A stretch of 37,264 nucleotides of DNA from Octopus bimaculoides. Taxonomy: Eukaryota. Numbering within the stretch: the stretch's first letter is position 1; each line of letters starts with the position of its first letter. The notes beneath the pieces are model-generated. The model saw only the letters and a list, made by a program, of their open reading frames with translations, ran no database searches and was not told where the DNA came from. A program made the position numbers and the translations under genes. Below are positions 21,301 to 32,431 of this stretch, one piece after another. The stretch spans positions 77,429,661 through 77,466,924 of the forward strand of contig NC_068987.1 in assembly GCF_001194135.2 (NCBI RefSeq), in the 5' to 3' direction.

Positions 21301-21489
21301 AAGGAGAGCAACAGAAACAGGAGTCTGGGCATTTGTGTAAACAAAAGGCGAAGTAAGTTGATTATGAGAGAAAAATTAGAAACGAATAAAGGAAAACACT
21401 GAGGTGTACTGGAGGGGTAAAGGCAGAGCTGTTGCTGTGGTGTGGAGTGGAAATTAAGCTATGGCGATGAAATTACTGAAATGAACATC

Positions 21490-21490
21490 G

Positions 21491-21550
<60 letters not shown>

Positions 21551-21821
21551 CGATGACGATGATGACGATGATGATGATGATGACGATGACGATGATGACG
21601 ATGATGATGATGATGATGATGATGATGGTGGTGACGGTGATGATGATGATGGTGATGATGGTGATGATGATGATGATGATGGTGACGATGATGATGGTGA
21701 CGATGATCATGATGACTACGACGACGACGACAGTGATGACGACGACAATGATGACGATGATGATGACGACGACGATGATGATGATGACGATGACGATTAC
21801 GATGACGATGACCACAATGAC

Positions 21822-21853
<32 letters not shown>

Positions 21854-22056
21854 CGACGATGATGATGATGGTGATGATGACGACGGTGATGATGATGACG
21901 ACGATGATGACGATGATGACGATGACGATCATAATGATGACGATGACGATAATGATGATAATGATGATGACGACGACGACGAGGGTGATGATGGTGATGA
22001 TGACGACGATGATGATGATGATGACGATTATGATGATGACGATTATGATGACGATG

Positions 22057-22092
<36 letters not shown>

Positions 22093-22117
22093 GCGATGAC
22101 AATGGTGATGATGATGA
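21490..22117. repeat. (GAT/GAC/GGT)n compound microsatellite
   Basis: Seen directly; it produces the poly-M/H/I ORFs. Confidence 0.95.
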
Positions 22118-22120
22118 TTT

Positions 22121-22390
22121 GAACCCTCAACACTACACACTATTCAAAAAATAGCCCTGCTAAAAACAACCCACATCCTACGCAAGACACTGTCCATTCC
22201 ATAGTACAACTCAAACAAAACAATCCGCAACACACAAGACACTCTATACAGGAAATATCCAATAAAATAAACAGCCCTCACAGCATGTACTCTACAGGCC
22301 GGATACCCTACACAAGAACACAGCTCGCCTTACACACATAACACACAATACAAACATTAATACAACAAAAGACTAACTAAGCCTCATAAC
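22121..22390 (+). mobile_element. 3' end of an R4/Dong-type LINE (second subfamily)
   Basis: EPSTLHTIQKIALLKTTHILRKTLSIP* followed by a CA-rich 3' UTR, directly after a (GAT)n tract. Confidence 0.75.
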
Positions 22391-22535
22391 AAAACAAACG
22401 GATGCAATACAGTACCGGAAAGAGTTTGCACTCCCCCCACCCCAAACGACAAAAAAAGAGCACACAAAGTTGCAGACGCAGCAGTAACACGGATGTGTAG
22501 AAGGTAATGCTGTTGAAATTTGCCTGAACCTATCA

Positions 22536-22599
<64 letters not shown>

Positions 22600-22782
22600 T
22601 TCATGAATTTATTTATTTATTTAGTTATTTATTTTTAAATACATATTTTAACTGTGAATTTGCGTGTGTAAACTGGGAATGCATACAATGGGTTTCTCTG
22701 CTTTAGGTGTGCGGAAAACACTCAGCGAGAAATGGAAGAAAATTTGAAGAAAGAAGAAAAAAACAAAATAATAATAATAAAT

Positions 22783-23327
22783 TGCCCTGATGCAGTACCA
22801 GGCAGTGACTCTCATGGCTTCTGATTGGAAGTGTTATCATGTACATTGTTTTGTCTTGGTATAAAAGATGGGCTACAGCAAATATTCTGCTTAATACCAC
22901 AGATTTGCTTGTCAGTTGTTTGACCTTAACCAGTTGAGCATGTCCCTTGGTGGCTGACGATATGTGCATCTCTGATCACGAGCAGAAGTAGTGGGGGAAC
23001 ATCATAGCCATGTGTTGATAGGTATTCTTTGGGATTTTAATAATTTGCCTCTGGAAACATGGGTGTTTTATTCATCATCCTCAAACAACCCTTATTCGGG
23101 GACCTTTTGAGCGGGATGGGCTACTCGACTTGAAGAAAACTCTAACTGGGCCCCACCTGCGTGGTTATGCGCTGTTTATCTTGATATGAGATCATCTTGT
23201 CGCATACATATGGTTGTGATGCATGTGTCTGATGTACCCTTAGGAGACGGGTAGTTATGATGGGTATACTGGGCTTTGTATATTTTACGCCAGTGACACT
23301 TTGATGGCATGCACCGCTCTCTCACTC
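22783..23327 (+). mobile_element. ~550-bp element, copy 2 (both ends present)
   Basis: (AAT)n-TTGCCCTGATGCAGTACCAGGCAGTG...GCACCGCTCTCTCACTC-(AAT)n. Confidence 0.85.
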
Positions 23328-23366
<39 letters not shown>

Positions 23367-23377
23367 GATGATGATGA

Positions 23378-23770
23378 GGGCTTCAAATTTTGATACAAGC
23401 CTAGCAACTTTAAAGGAAAGGGCGGGTCATTTACATCGACTGGTATTACTTTATTTCATCAACCCCGAAAAGATGAAAAGCAAAGTTACCCTCAGTGTGG
23501 AACGTAAAAAGTTGAGAGAAATGCCGCTAAGCATTTTATCTGACACGCTGGAGCTTCTGGCAACTTGTCTTCTTTTTCAAATTTCGGTATAAGGCCTGCA
23601 GTTTCGGAGAGAGAGAACATGATTACATTGACCCTAGTACTTCACTGGTACTTTATTTTATCCACTCCGGAAGGATGAAAGGCAAAGTTAACTTTGGAGG
23701 GGCGTAAAGAACCAGAATAAATGTCACTGAGCATATGTCCAACGCGCTAACGATTCTGCCAGATCAGCTA
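23378..23770 (-). mobile_element. Two degenerate family-4 SINE copies in tandem
   Basis: Each has CAAATTT...ACATCGAC/ACATTGAC..TGGTA..TTATTT..CCCCGAAAAGATGAAA..CAAAGTT; boundaries are ~23378-23572 and ~23575-23770. Confidence 0.75.
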
Positions 23771-23799
23771 AGGAATAAGTGTCGGCGAGATTGTTCAAA

Positions 23800-25310
23800 A
23801 TAAAGAACACAGCAACTGAACAATTGTGAGAGATTATTTTCATCACAAGAAGCATCTCAAACGCTACAAAAGACGACCAACTGGAAAGCACCAGGAAATG
23901 ATAAGATACTAAAATTATGGTTTGAGTATTAAACGGGGCCAGATGCATAATGTGTTACGAGAGATGTTTAACGAAATAATGACAGAATTGGGAACAACAC
24001 CTGATTGGTTCACTAAAGGGAAAAAAAAACATTTTAGTCATTAAGACTAACAAAACAGCAAATCCTAAGAACAACAGACTCATAATCATTGATTCTAGTA
24101 GTTGTTATTTTGATCAGTTGTTCTTAAGGTTTACAGTTTTCGAAAAATTGTTTCGATTAACTATTTTCGATCAACTCTCCGCTCGCAAGTCTCTAGTCCA
24201 CCTTCTTACAGATTACAAAGCTTGAAATGTAATAATAGAGAGGGTGGGGTGGGTAAATGATTACATAGAAACACAAGCAGAAACAAAAACAAAGCAACTT
24301 TCGAAATAACTAAAGTTGTGTTGCAAAGGCTTGTATGGAAGTAAAGATCGATTGCCAATCAATAAAGCCATGAAAGAAGTTCGTAGAAAGGGAGTAAAGT
24401 ACCTAAGAATGACGTAAATTGATTACGAGAAATCTTTTGACAGTGTTCCTACACGTAGATTTTGGAAACATTAGCAATGAGTAAGGTAACACCAGAAACA
24501 AACAACTACATTAAACGTGCCGTAAATAAATAACAAACAGTTCTGAAGATTCGTATAAAAGAAAGAACTATCAAAACAAATCTTACCTGTATTAGAAAAG
24601 GAATGTTTCAAGTGAATTCCCTCTCGCCATTATTTTCCTGCTTGGTGCTAATATATTTAACACGTTAAATTAGTCTGGACTCGGATATACAAATGTTGTA
24701 GGAGGACAATAAACAATCTTTTGTAAATGAACAATAGCAAGTTGTATCCTGTGAATGATAAACAACTGGAAACATTGTTACAGAATTTATTCGGATTCGG
24801 CTGAGGAATTGACATGAAATTCGATTTAGAAAAATGCTCAAAAGCAATCTTGAAAACGAGAAAAATTAATGAAAATAAAGAAGAATAGAACAATGTAGGA
24901 TAAAAAAAAATTGAAGAAAGTAACGATAAGAGAATTAGACCAAACAGTCTTAGAAATACCTGGAAATTAATGTAGTAGACGGTGTGCAAAACACAGGAAT
25001 GAAAGAACAGTTTAGGAAGGAATATCATAGATGCATTTGAGTGATACTTAAGCCAGAACAAAATGACAAAAATAAAATAGTTGTGTATCAATGCTCAAAC
25101 TATTCTAGGCATAAAATATAGTTATGATACTCCCAACGGAATGCTAAGGGAATTAGCAAGATTAAACAGAAAGCAAGAATAATGACTACATTTAGAATAC
25201 GAGAATGCGCCACCGAAATTCTGACATTGAAAAATGTATATTTACCGCAGCAATAAGAATATAGGATTTTTGTGAATCAGAGAAGTTATAATATATCTGT
25301 TATAGGACTA
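23800..25310 (+). pseudogene. Decayed reverse-transcriptase region of an R4/Dong-type LINE
   Basis: With stops and frameshifts: TTNWKAPGNDKI; PDWFTKG; IDYEKSFDSVP (24418-24450); RKGMFQVNSLSPL (from 24594, ancestral GIFQGDSLSP); INNLL*MNNSKLY (decayed HLxYMDDLKLY); MKFDLEKCSK. An unrelated insertion lies at ~24090-24310. Confidence 0.85.
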
Positions 25311-25408
25311 CAAAAATAAGGAGTGCAACACCATTCTAACCACTAAGCAATGAGTCTCCACAGGAATATACAAATACATGTGTGTGTGTGCGCGTGTGTG
25401 TGTGTGTG

Positions 25409-25460
<52 letters not shown>

Positions 25461-25489
25461 CGTATCTGTCTACATATGTATGTATAGGG

Positions 25490-26242
25490 AAAGGGTATTC
25501 GGCTAAGTATCATATAGCTTATGGCTAGGAGATAGCAGTTTACTCAGAGTATCTGCTCTCAGTTTCCGCCATGGCTTCAACACGGCTCCAGAACATAGTG
25601 CAAGCGTTCCTTACTGTGGCCTCGAGGAGATCTTCAAACACCCCCTTGATCTTGGACACCAGTTCGACCGACACATAGTAATCCATGAGATTACAATCAG
25701 AGGAATTAAGAGACCAGAAATTGGAGCTTGTGAACTCGTAGAAATTCTCCAACAAGCACTTCCGATTCTTTTCCGAGAAAGAGTCCGAATCCTACTACCA
25801 TGCATATGGCCTTCGCGTAGCAATCCTCTCCAGCCGGAGTTTAACCGCAGTCTCCGGCAGTTTCACATAGTCGTCTGAAATGAGTCCAAGGCCCTGTTCA
25901 AAGATGTTGGGTGACATGACGTCACCCTCACTGGAGACATACTAAAAGGCCATCATCGTTTGGGTAACTCGGTTTTTCAGGCTGCTCATATCACGTCTTA
26001 CAGCTTTTGTTGTGTTCACAGAGCATTCAACAGCAGTCATGATGTCGACATTTTGACAGCCGGAGCGAATCATCATGAAACAGATAACCTTCTTCCAATA
26101 TTCAGATGGTTTCCAGTCCTCCATGTTTTTACTCAACTGCAAACCTTAATCTTTATGCTCTCCAGCGCCGTTGACCGTTCACCAATACACCAGACTGTTC
26201 CTGAAATAAAAGAGGACATAAAAAATCGTCAACACCCACCAA
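25490..26242 (-). mobile_element. Second decayed DD37D (maT) transposon
   Basis: ENFYEFTSSNFWSLNSSDCNLMDYYV...KIKGVFEDL...VRNACTMFWSRVEAMAETESRY, plus the N-terminal EDWKPSEYWKK. Homologous to 2386-3239, with different internal deletions. Confidence 0.85.
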
Positions 26243-27038
26243 TATATATATATATATATANNNNNNNNNNNNNNNNNNNNNNNNNNNNNNNNNNNNNNNN
26301 NNNNNNNNNNNNNNNNNNNNNNNNNNNNNNNNNNNNNNNNNNNNNNNNNNNNNNNNNNNNNNNNNNNNNNNNNNNNNNNNNNNNNNNNNNNNNNNNNNNN
26401 NNNNNNNNNNNNNNNNNNNNNNNNNNNNNNNNNNNNNNNNNNNNNNNNNNNNNNNNNNNNNNNNNNNNNNNNNNNNNNNNNNNNNNNNNNNNNNNNNNNN
26501 NNNNNNNNNNNNNNNNNNNNNNNNNNNNNNNNNNNNNNNNNNNNNNNNNNNNNNNNNNNNNNNNNNNNNNNNNNNNNNNNNNNNNNNNNNNNNNNNNNNN
26601 NNNNNNNNNNNNNNNNNNNNNNNNNNNNNNNNNNNNNNNNNNNNNNNNNNNNNNNNNNNNNNNNNNNNNNNNNNNNNNNNNNNNNNNNNNNNNNNNNNNN
26701 NNNNNNNNNNNNNNNNNNNNNNNNNNNNNNNNNNNNNNNNNNNNNNNNNNNNNNNNNNNNNNNNNNNNNNNNNNNNNNNNNNNNNNNNNNNNNNNNNNNN
26801 NNNNNNNNNNNNNNNNNNNNNNNNNNNNNNNNNNNNNNNNNNNNNNNNNNNNNNNNNNNNNNNNNNNGTATATATTTAAATTATGTCAGAAAAATGTAAG
26901 AAAAATGTTAGAAAAATGTTATAAAATCTTTTTGGTATATAAACATTGTATTTTGAGAAATAACCGGTTTCGTGTTGTCTTTTCAAATTTCTCTACTTCA
27001 TTGTGTCGTGTTCGTTCCAGTCTGAGAAAGAAGAGTTC

Positions 27039-27069
<31 letters not shown>

Positions 27070-27245
27070 CAATATATGAATGAAAATAGATGAGGAGTTG
27101 CATAATACTTATACATTTTAATAATGTGTATAATAATTCGTAATATAACATCAACGAAGATGTTCTTGTGCATTTTTTTGTATGAGTTGCATTTCTGCAA
27201 TATGTTCTTCGTACATCTTGCATTACCATTATTTAGTAATTCATA

Positions 27246-27368
27246 AAGGCGGTGAGCTGGCAGAATGGTTAATACGCCGGGCGAAATGCTAAGCGGTATT
27301 TTCTCTGTCTTTATGTTCTGAGCTAGAATTCCTCCGAAGTCGACTTTGCCTTACATCCTTTCGGGGTG
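27246..27368 (+). mobile_element. 5' half of a family-4 SINE
   Basis: AAGGCGGTGAGCTGGCAGAATGG...GTCGACTTTGCCTTACATCCTTTCGGGG, joined directly to a 550-bp element fragment. Confidence 0.85.
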
Positions 27369-27682
27369 TTGAGAGGAATTCTTTGGGGTTTGAACAATTC
27401 ACCTCTGGAAACACGGGTGTTTCGTTAAACATCCTTAAACAAACCTCATTCAGGGACCTTTTAAGTGGAATGGGTTGCTCAACCTGAAGAAAATTCAAAA
27501 GGGACCCCACCTGCGAGGTCATGCGCTGTTTATCTTGATATGAGATCACCATGTCGCGCATATAAGGTTGTGATGCATGTGCCTGGTGTACCCTTATCAG
27601 ACGAGTAGTTCTGATGGACATACTGGGCTTCATATATTTGTACCCCAGTGTCACTTTGATGGCATATGCTGCTCTCTCACCC
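27367..27682 (+). mobile_element. ~550-bp element, copy 3 (distal part only)
   Basis: TGTTGAGAGGAATTCTTTGGGG...CAGTGTCACTTTGATGGCATATGCTGCTCTCTCACCC-(AAT)n. Confidence 0.85.
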
Positions 27683-28007
27683 AATAATAATAATAATAGC
27701 AGCAACAGCGACGTCGATGACGACGACAATGTACAAAGCATTCCTGAAGCTTCGACATTTGAATGGAATTCTCTAAAGTACCAACAAAATAAATCTTCGT
27801 CATGAAGAGACTAACTTCTCTCCTGTGGAGGGAAATTCAATTATATTAACAAGCAACCTTGGACACACTGACACACGCACACACACACGCACACATGCAC
27901 TCTTACACACACATAAACACACACCCACAAACGCACACACATACACACACACGCGCTCAAACACACATATATACAGATACCACAAACGTATAACACGGCC
28001 ATATGTG

Positions 28008-28008
28008 T

Positions 28009-28071
<63 letters not shown>

Positions 28072-28105
28072 TTTAGATAGATAGATAGATAGATAGATAG
28101 ATATT

Positions 28106-28149
<44 letters not shown>

Positions 28150-28150
28150 C
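28008..28150. repeat. (TAGA)n microsatellite
   Basis: Seen directly. Confidence 0.95.
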
Positions 28151-28789
28151 AGGCAGACAGACAGGCACATACATACATGCGTACATACATGCACATAGGC
28201 AGACACAATGTATAGTTTTCAGAGACACACAATCAGATACCCGTATGTGTGTGTGTGTGTGTGTGTGTGTTTGAATGTGTGTATGCGTGTGTGTATGTAT
28301 GTGCGCGTGTGCGCATATGTGGAAACGATGGCATGTATAGACTTCGAATTTCCTATCAATATCCAAGCGTGCCTTCCTTCTAATCTTATCTAATCTAATG
28401 TTATCTATTAAAACTATCACTTTGATTATTCTCCATTGGCAATTTATTTATTTATCCGACATCGTTGGTGAGAAATAGTATCTGTCCAGACTAAATCTAT
28501 TCCACTCTGTCACTCTTTACTCCATTTCTATTCCGCGTTTGTCTTTCATCCAATCGGTGGTGGTAAAATAATTGCTAAACATTTCCCAGGGGGTCTGGAA
28601 CACATTTGAATCAGCTCCATCAAACTCCCATACATTCTCTGCTAATACAAAGAACTGGCACTTTTCTATCTAGGCTGTCCAGTTGTGCGCACGCATGCAC
28701 ACTCGTTTCATAACCAGTGCACAAAAGAAATCGAATGGCACACGAGAAATTTAACTCACGCACGAAGAGTCACTTGCATAAAATAACAG

Positions 28790-29030
28790 TTACTTAAACC
28801 CTTCGCTACCTGTAGAGCAGAGAACATCGACGACTTTTCTCCATTGTCCTCATCTCTGGACTAACTTTTCTGTTTCTCTCCAGATGGATTCCGGCTTTTA
28901 TTGCTCTGTCTCAGTATCCCATCTCTAAGGGAAGTATTCCTCTCTCTTCCAGGTTTTGTTGGCTTTGAATTGCTATCGATGCTTCTGTAGCTTTGCTTCT
29001 TTCTAGGTAGGAGTTTTCTACTTCCTTACG
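28790..29030 (-). mobile_element. 3' end of an RTE-clade LINE (family B)
   Basis: Minus strand IWRETEKLVQR*GQWRKVVDVLCSTGSEGFK*, resembling RTE-type C-termini (W.ELE..AQDR..WR..VD.LCS). Confidence 0.7.
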
Positions 29031-29032
29031 AA

Positions 29033-29476
29033 TTTACTTATACTTGCAGCGATATTCACCCACCCAAGCTGGGTTGAATTGGCTCCGACTAACGAGTTCA
29101 CCACGTCCCTCACGAATGTTGACCGCATCCGACAGTCGGTCGCAGTCGAAGCAGTAATGGATACCCGCTCCCGGTTCCACTGCTGAAGACCATAGATGAG
29201 GGGGCCCAATTGTGCTTCCTTTACCGTCACCAGTCATGTCTTAAGTTGTCCTCCAGCTCGTTTATACCGGCCTGGGAGGGTTGACCGCCTTGCGAATGAA
29301 TCCTCCTGGAGGTTGACGGAGGGTATGAGCAAGCCACCTTAGACGTCATCCGAGGAGAGCTTGTTGCAGAGAATTGATGCAGGAGCGTTGTCGTATTTCG
29401 GGATTCGAAATGATGTCCAATAGGCAAACACGTAGAATTTGACGTAGGCAGTAAGGGTCGAAGACTTCGAGTTATT
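29033..29476 (-). mobile_element. 3' end of an RTE-clade LINE (family A)
   Basis: LEVFDPYCLRQILRV..DIISNPEIRQR...RLRWLAHTLRQP...KRAGGQLKT*LVTVKE...YGLQQWNRERV...RDVVNSL, ending in a CAAGTATAAGTAA tail. Confidence 0.85.
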
Positions 29477-29884
29477 GGGGATCACCAGTTCTCACCTACT
29501 CTACGCAAACCCATTTTTACCTCTGGGAAGAGATGAGCCATATTAGTGTGTTCTCTGTCTTTTACTTGTCTTGTATGAGAGGCCCCACAAAGAGCTTTCG
29601 TTCCTCTAGCATAGCTCTCAACGTCGTCGAGGTACACAAGCCACCATAACGCAACAAGTGACTGGACTTTGTGGTGAGCAAAAAATAACGCTGTATTTAA
29701 TAACTATGCTACTTAAACATTCAGAGCACACATACTTTTATCACAGGAAATAATTTGCACAACGAGATTTTGTATGTCCGAACTAAAAATTAGAAAATTT
29801 GAATACGTTTCCGGACTAAATGGAAGAGAAGGATAGTTGGGGTCGTGGAGCCCTCTGACCGAACCCAGATTGAAACTTCTCACC

Positions 29885-30350
29885 CGTTTGTAGGTAAGTT
29901 GATTTATTTGTTGTGTTATATTTATATTAGAGTGTATTTTATTTCCTGGAGTCCTCAACAGCAATATCCGTTCGATTTGTCTTGCTTTCCCTATTTATGT
30001 GGATTGGCGTGATCCAAAGTACGATCGCTCTATCATTTTCTGGAATCTTCTGGTATATATTTATACCACCTCTTTTCTGTTAACTTTTAGTTCGCATAAC
30101 TTTTAGTGCATGAACATCTCTAATTTTGTCGCATCTGTAGATGCATTCTTCTTTGACTAACCTTGGACAGCCAGAAACAATATGGTCAATTGTTTCTTCC
30201 CGGCCTTCCTATACTCCGCAGATACTTAATATATCCTGCTGCTTTATATACATTTTGTAGTTCCTGATGAGAAACCTCTGTTCCAATGTTACAATGAAAA
30301 ATATTTTACCCTCATCTTCTTGCCATTTATCTCTGCTTCAAGTAATAATG
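29885..30350 (-). pseudogene. R4/Dong-type LINE fragment: CCHC zinc knuckle and start of the restriction-like endonuclease
   Basis: Minus strand ICGV*EGREETIDHIVSGCPRLVKEECIYRCDKI (C-x2-C-x8-H-x4-C with one Cys lost) and ENDRAIVLWITPIHINRESKTNRTDIAVED (decayed RPD motif). Confidence 0.85.
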
Positions 30351-30839
30351 TAATATGTATAATATTCCCAGCTAATGTTTTCTTAATGTGTGGACGTTTT
30401 TACTTTTCAGTTATTAATATCATTGATAGAAGTAACAGTTGCTAGAATCAACAATTAATCGAATTGCTGCTAATATTGAATTTTCATTTTTTCGGAAAAT
30501 ACTCTGTCACGTTTTATTAAAATAATTTTTTATTAAAATGTAAAAGGCTGTTTTTCGACTGTAAACATAAACATCAAACACACGCACGCACTCACACACG
30601 CACTCACACTCACACACACACACACATACACACATATGCAGTTGTACATGGCATGAGATTATTACATGTTTCTTTTTTGGCAAACTTCGTTGAATTACTA
30701 ATTTCTTCGAACAGTAGAAACATTAGCGCCATTTTCAAATATTTATTCCATTAACACAGATTTTGAACCAGCCATGATGAAGGCTATAAAGAGACTTTGA
30801 CATAAACTACATCGGTTTTCAGACTGTAAACATAAACAT

Positions 30840-30947
<108 letters not shown>

Positions 30948-31227
30948 CTATTTATCTATCTCTGTCTCTCTATTTCGATTATTTTCAATAATTCGAATAA
31001 CTGATAATTCGTGCAACTGCTACTTTATTGAATCTTCTTTTTTTTTTCTACAACTATATTTCAATTATTTTTTTTTTCATTAAATTAACATCAAAACATA
31101 GTTTGTTGCTGTTTATTATTGTTATTTTTTTTTACATTATTTTATCATTTCATTATATGTAAATTCCCACATTTTTCTTTCTTTGCACTGTCCCCCTCAT
31201 CCTTCACCCTTGTGGCAAATAAATGAA

Positions 31228-31297
<70 letters not shown>

Positions 31298-31315
31298 CGT
31301 CTCTNNNNNNNNNNT

Positions 31316-31415
31316 TCGGGGTTGATAATTTAAGTATCAGTTGATCACTGGGATCGATGAAATCAACACTTCCCTTCTCCCGATCTGGCTGTCCTTCTGG
31401 CAAAATTTGAAACCA
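31316..31415 (+). mobile_element. 3' fragment of family-4 SINE
   Basis: TTCGGGGTTGATAATTTAAGTATCAG...GGATCGATGAAATCAAC...CAAAATTTGAAACC. Confidence 0.75.
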
Positions 31416-31456
31416 TAATAATAATTATTATTATTATCATTATTATTATTATTATT

Positions 31457-31999
31457 GAGTGAGAGAGCAGTGCATGCCATCAAAGTGACACTGGGGTAAA
31501 ATATACGAAGCCCAATATACCCATCATGGCTACCCGTCTGATAAGGGTACACCAGGCACATGCATCACAACCAATGTGCGCGACATAGTGATCTCATATC
31601 AAGATGAACAGCACATGACCTTGCAAGTGGGGCCCAGTTAGAATTTTCTTCAGGTTGAATAGCCTATCCCACTCAAAAGGTCCCTGAATAAGAGTTGTTT
31701 ACGGATGTTGAACAAAACACCCATGTTTCCAAAGGTGAATTATTCAAACCCCAAAGAATTCCTCTCAACACATGGCTATGATGCTCCCCCACTACTTCTG
31801 CTCGTGATCAGAGATGCGCATATCGTCAGCCACCAAGGGTCATGCTCAACGGGTTAAGGTCAAACAACTGACAAGCAAATCTGTGGTATTAAGCAGAATA
31901 TTTGCTGTAGCCCATCTTTTATACCAAAACAAAGCAATGTACATGATAACACTTCCAATCAATTAAGTTCAGAAGCCATGAGAGCCACTGCCTGGTACT
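31457..31999 (-). mobile_element. ~550-bp element, copy 4 (opposite orientation)
   Basis: (ATT)n-GAGTGAGAGAGCAGTGCATGCCATCAAAGTGACACTGGGG...GAGCCACTGCCTGGTACT-(ACT/ATT)n. Confidence 0.85.
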
Positions 32000-32378
32000 A
32001 CTACTACTATTCTCATTATTATTATTATTATTGTTATTATTATTATTATTATTGCTGTTGTTGCTGTTGTTGTTGTTGTTGCTGTTATTATTAATATTAT
32101 TACTCAGTAGTTGAATTTTCAATGTGTGCATTATGAACTACTTACTGTTCTGTGGGCCTTGGATAACGTCAGTGTTTTGTTTTGATTTTGTATTCTCTAT
32201 TGTAATAAAAGTATATTATATAACAAATGTGCAGATGCTATTTTCTTTAAATTATGAATATTTGAATGACTAGGGGCTTGGCTTGTTTTTATTGTTGTTT
32301 AATTTTTGCTTATAATCATCATTTTGACAGCTCTGTGCAAGCTTCTGCTGCACTACCAGATGCTCCATATTCCTAAAG

Positions 32379-32431
<53 letters not shown>

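Noticed and set aside
21442-22140. Poly-Met, poly-His and poly-Ile ORFs
   Set aside because: Translations of (GAT/GAC)n in different frames, with no unique coding content or splice signals.
25960-27093. 377-aa ORF
   Set aside because: Antisense of a maT remnant joined to a ~600-N gap.
28430-28780. Tc1-like fragment (AENVWSLM on minus)
   Set aside because: A single weak motif with no SPDLNP or TIR support.
29500-29700. Minus-strand VYLDDV as an RT active site
   Set aside because: The flanking residues do not match any RT domain pattern I recognise; a six-residue match is not enough.
30258-30275. CTGATGAGAAAC hammerhead-like string
   Set aside because: No stem II, and it lies on the antisense strand of a Dong coding remnant.
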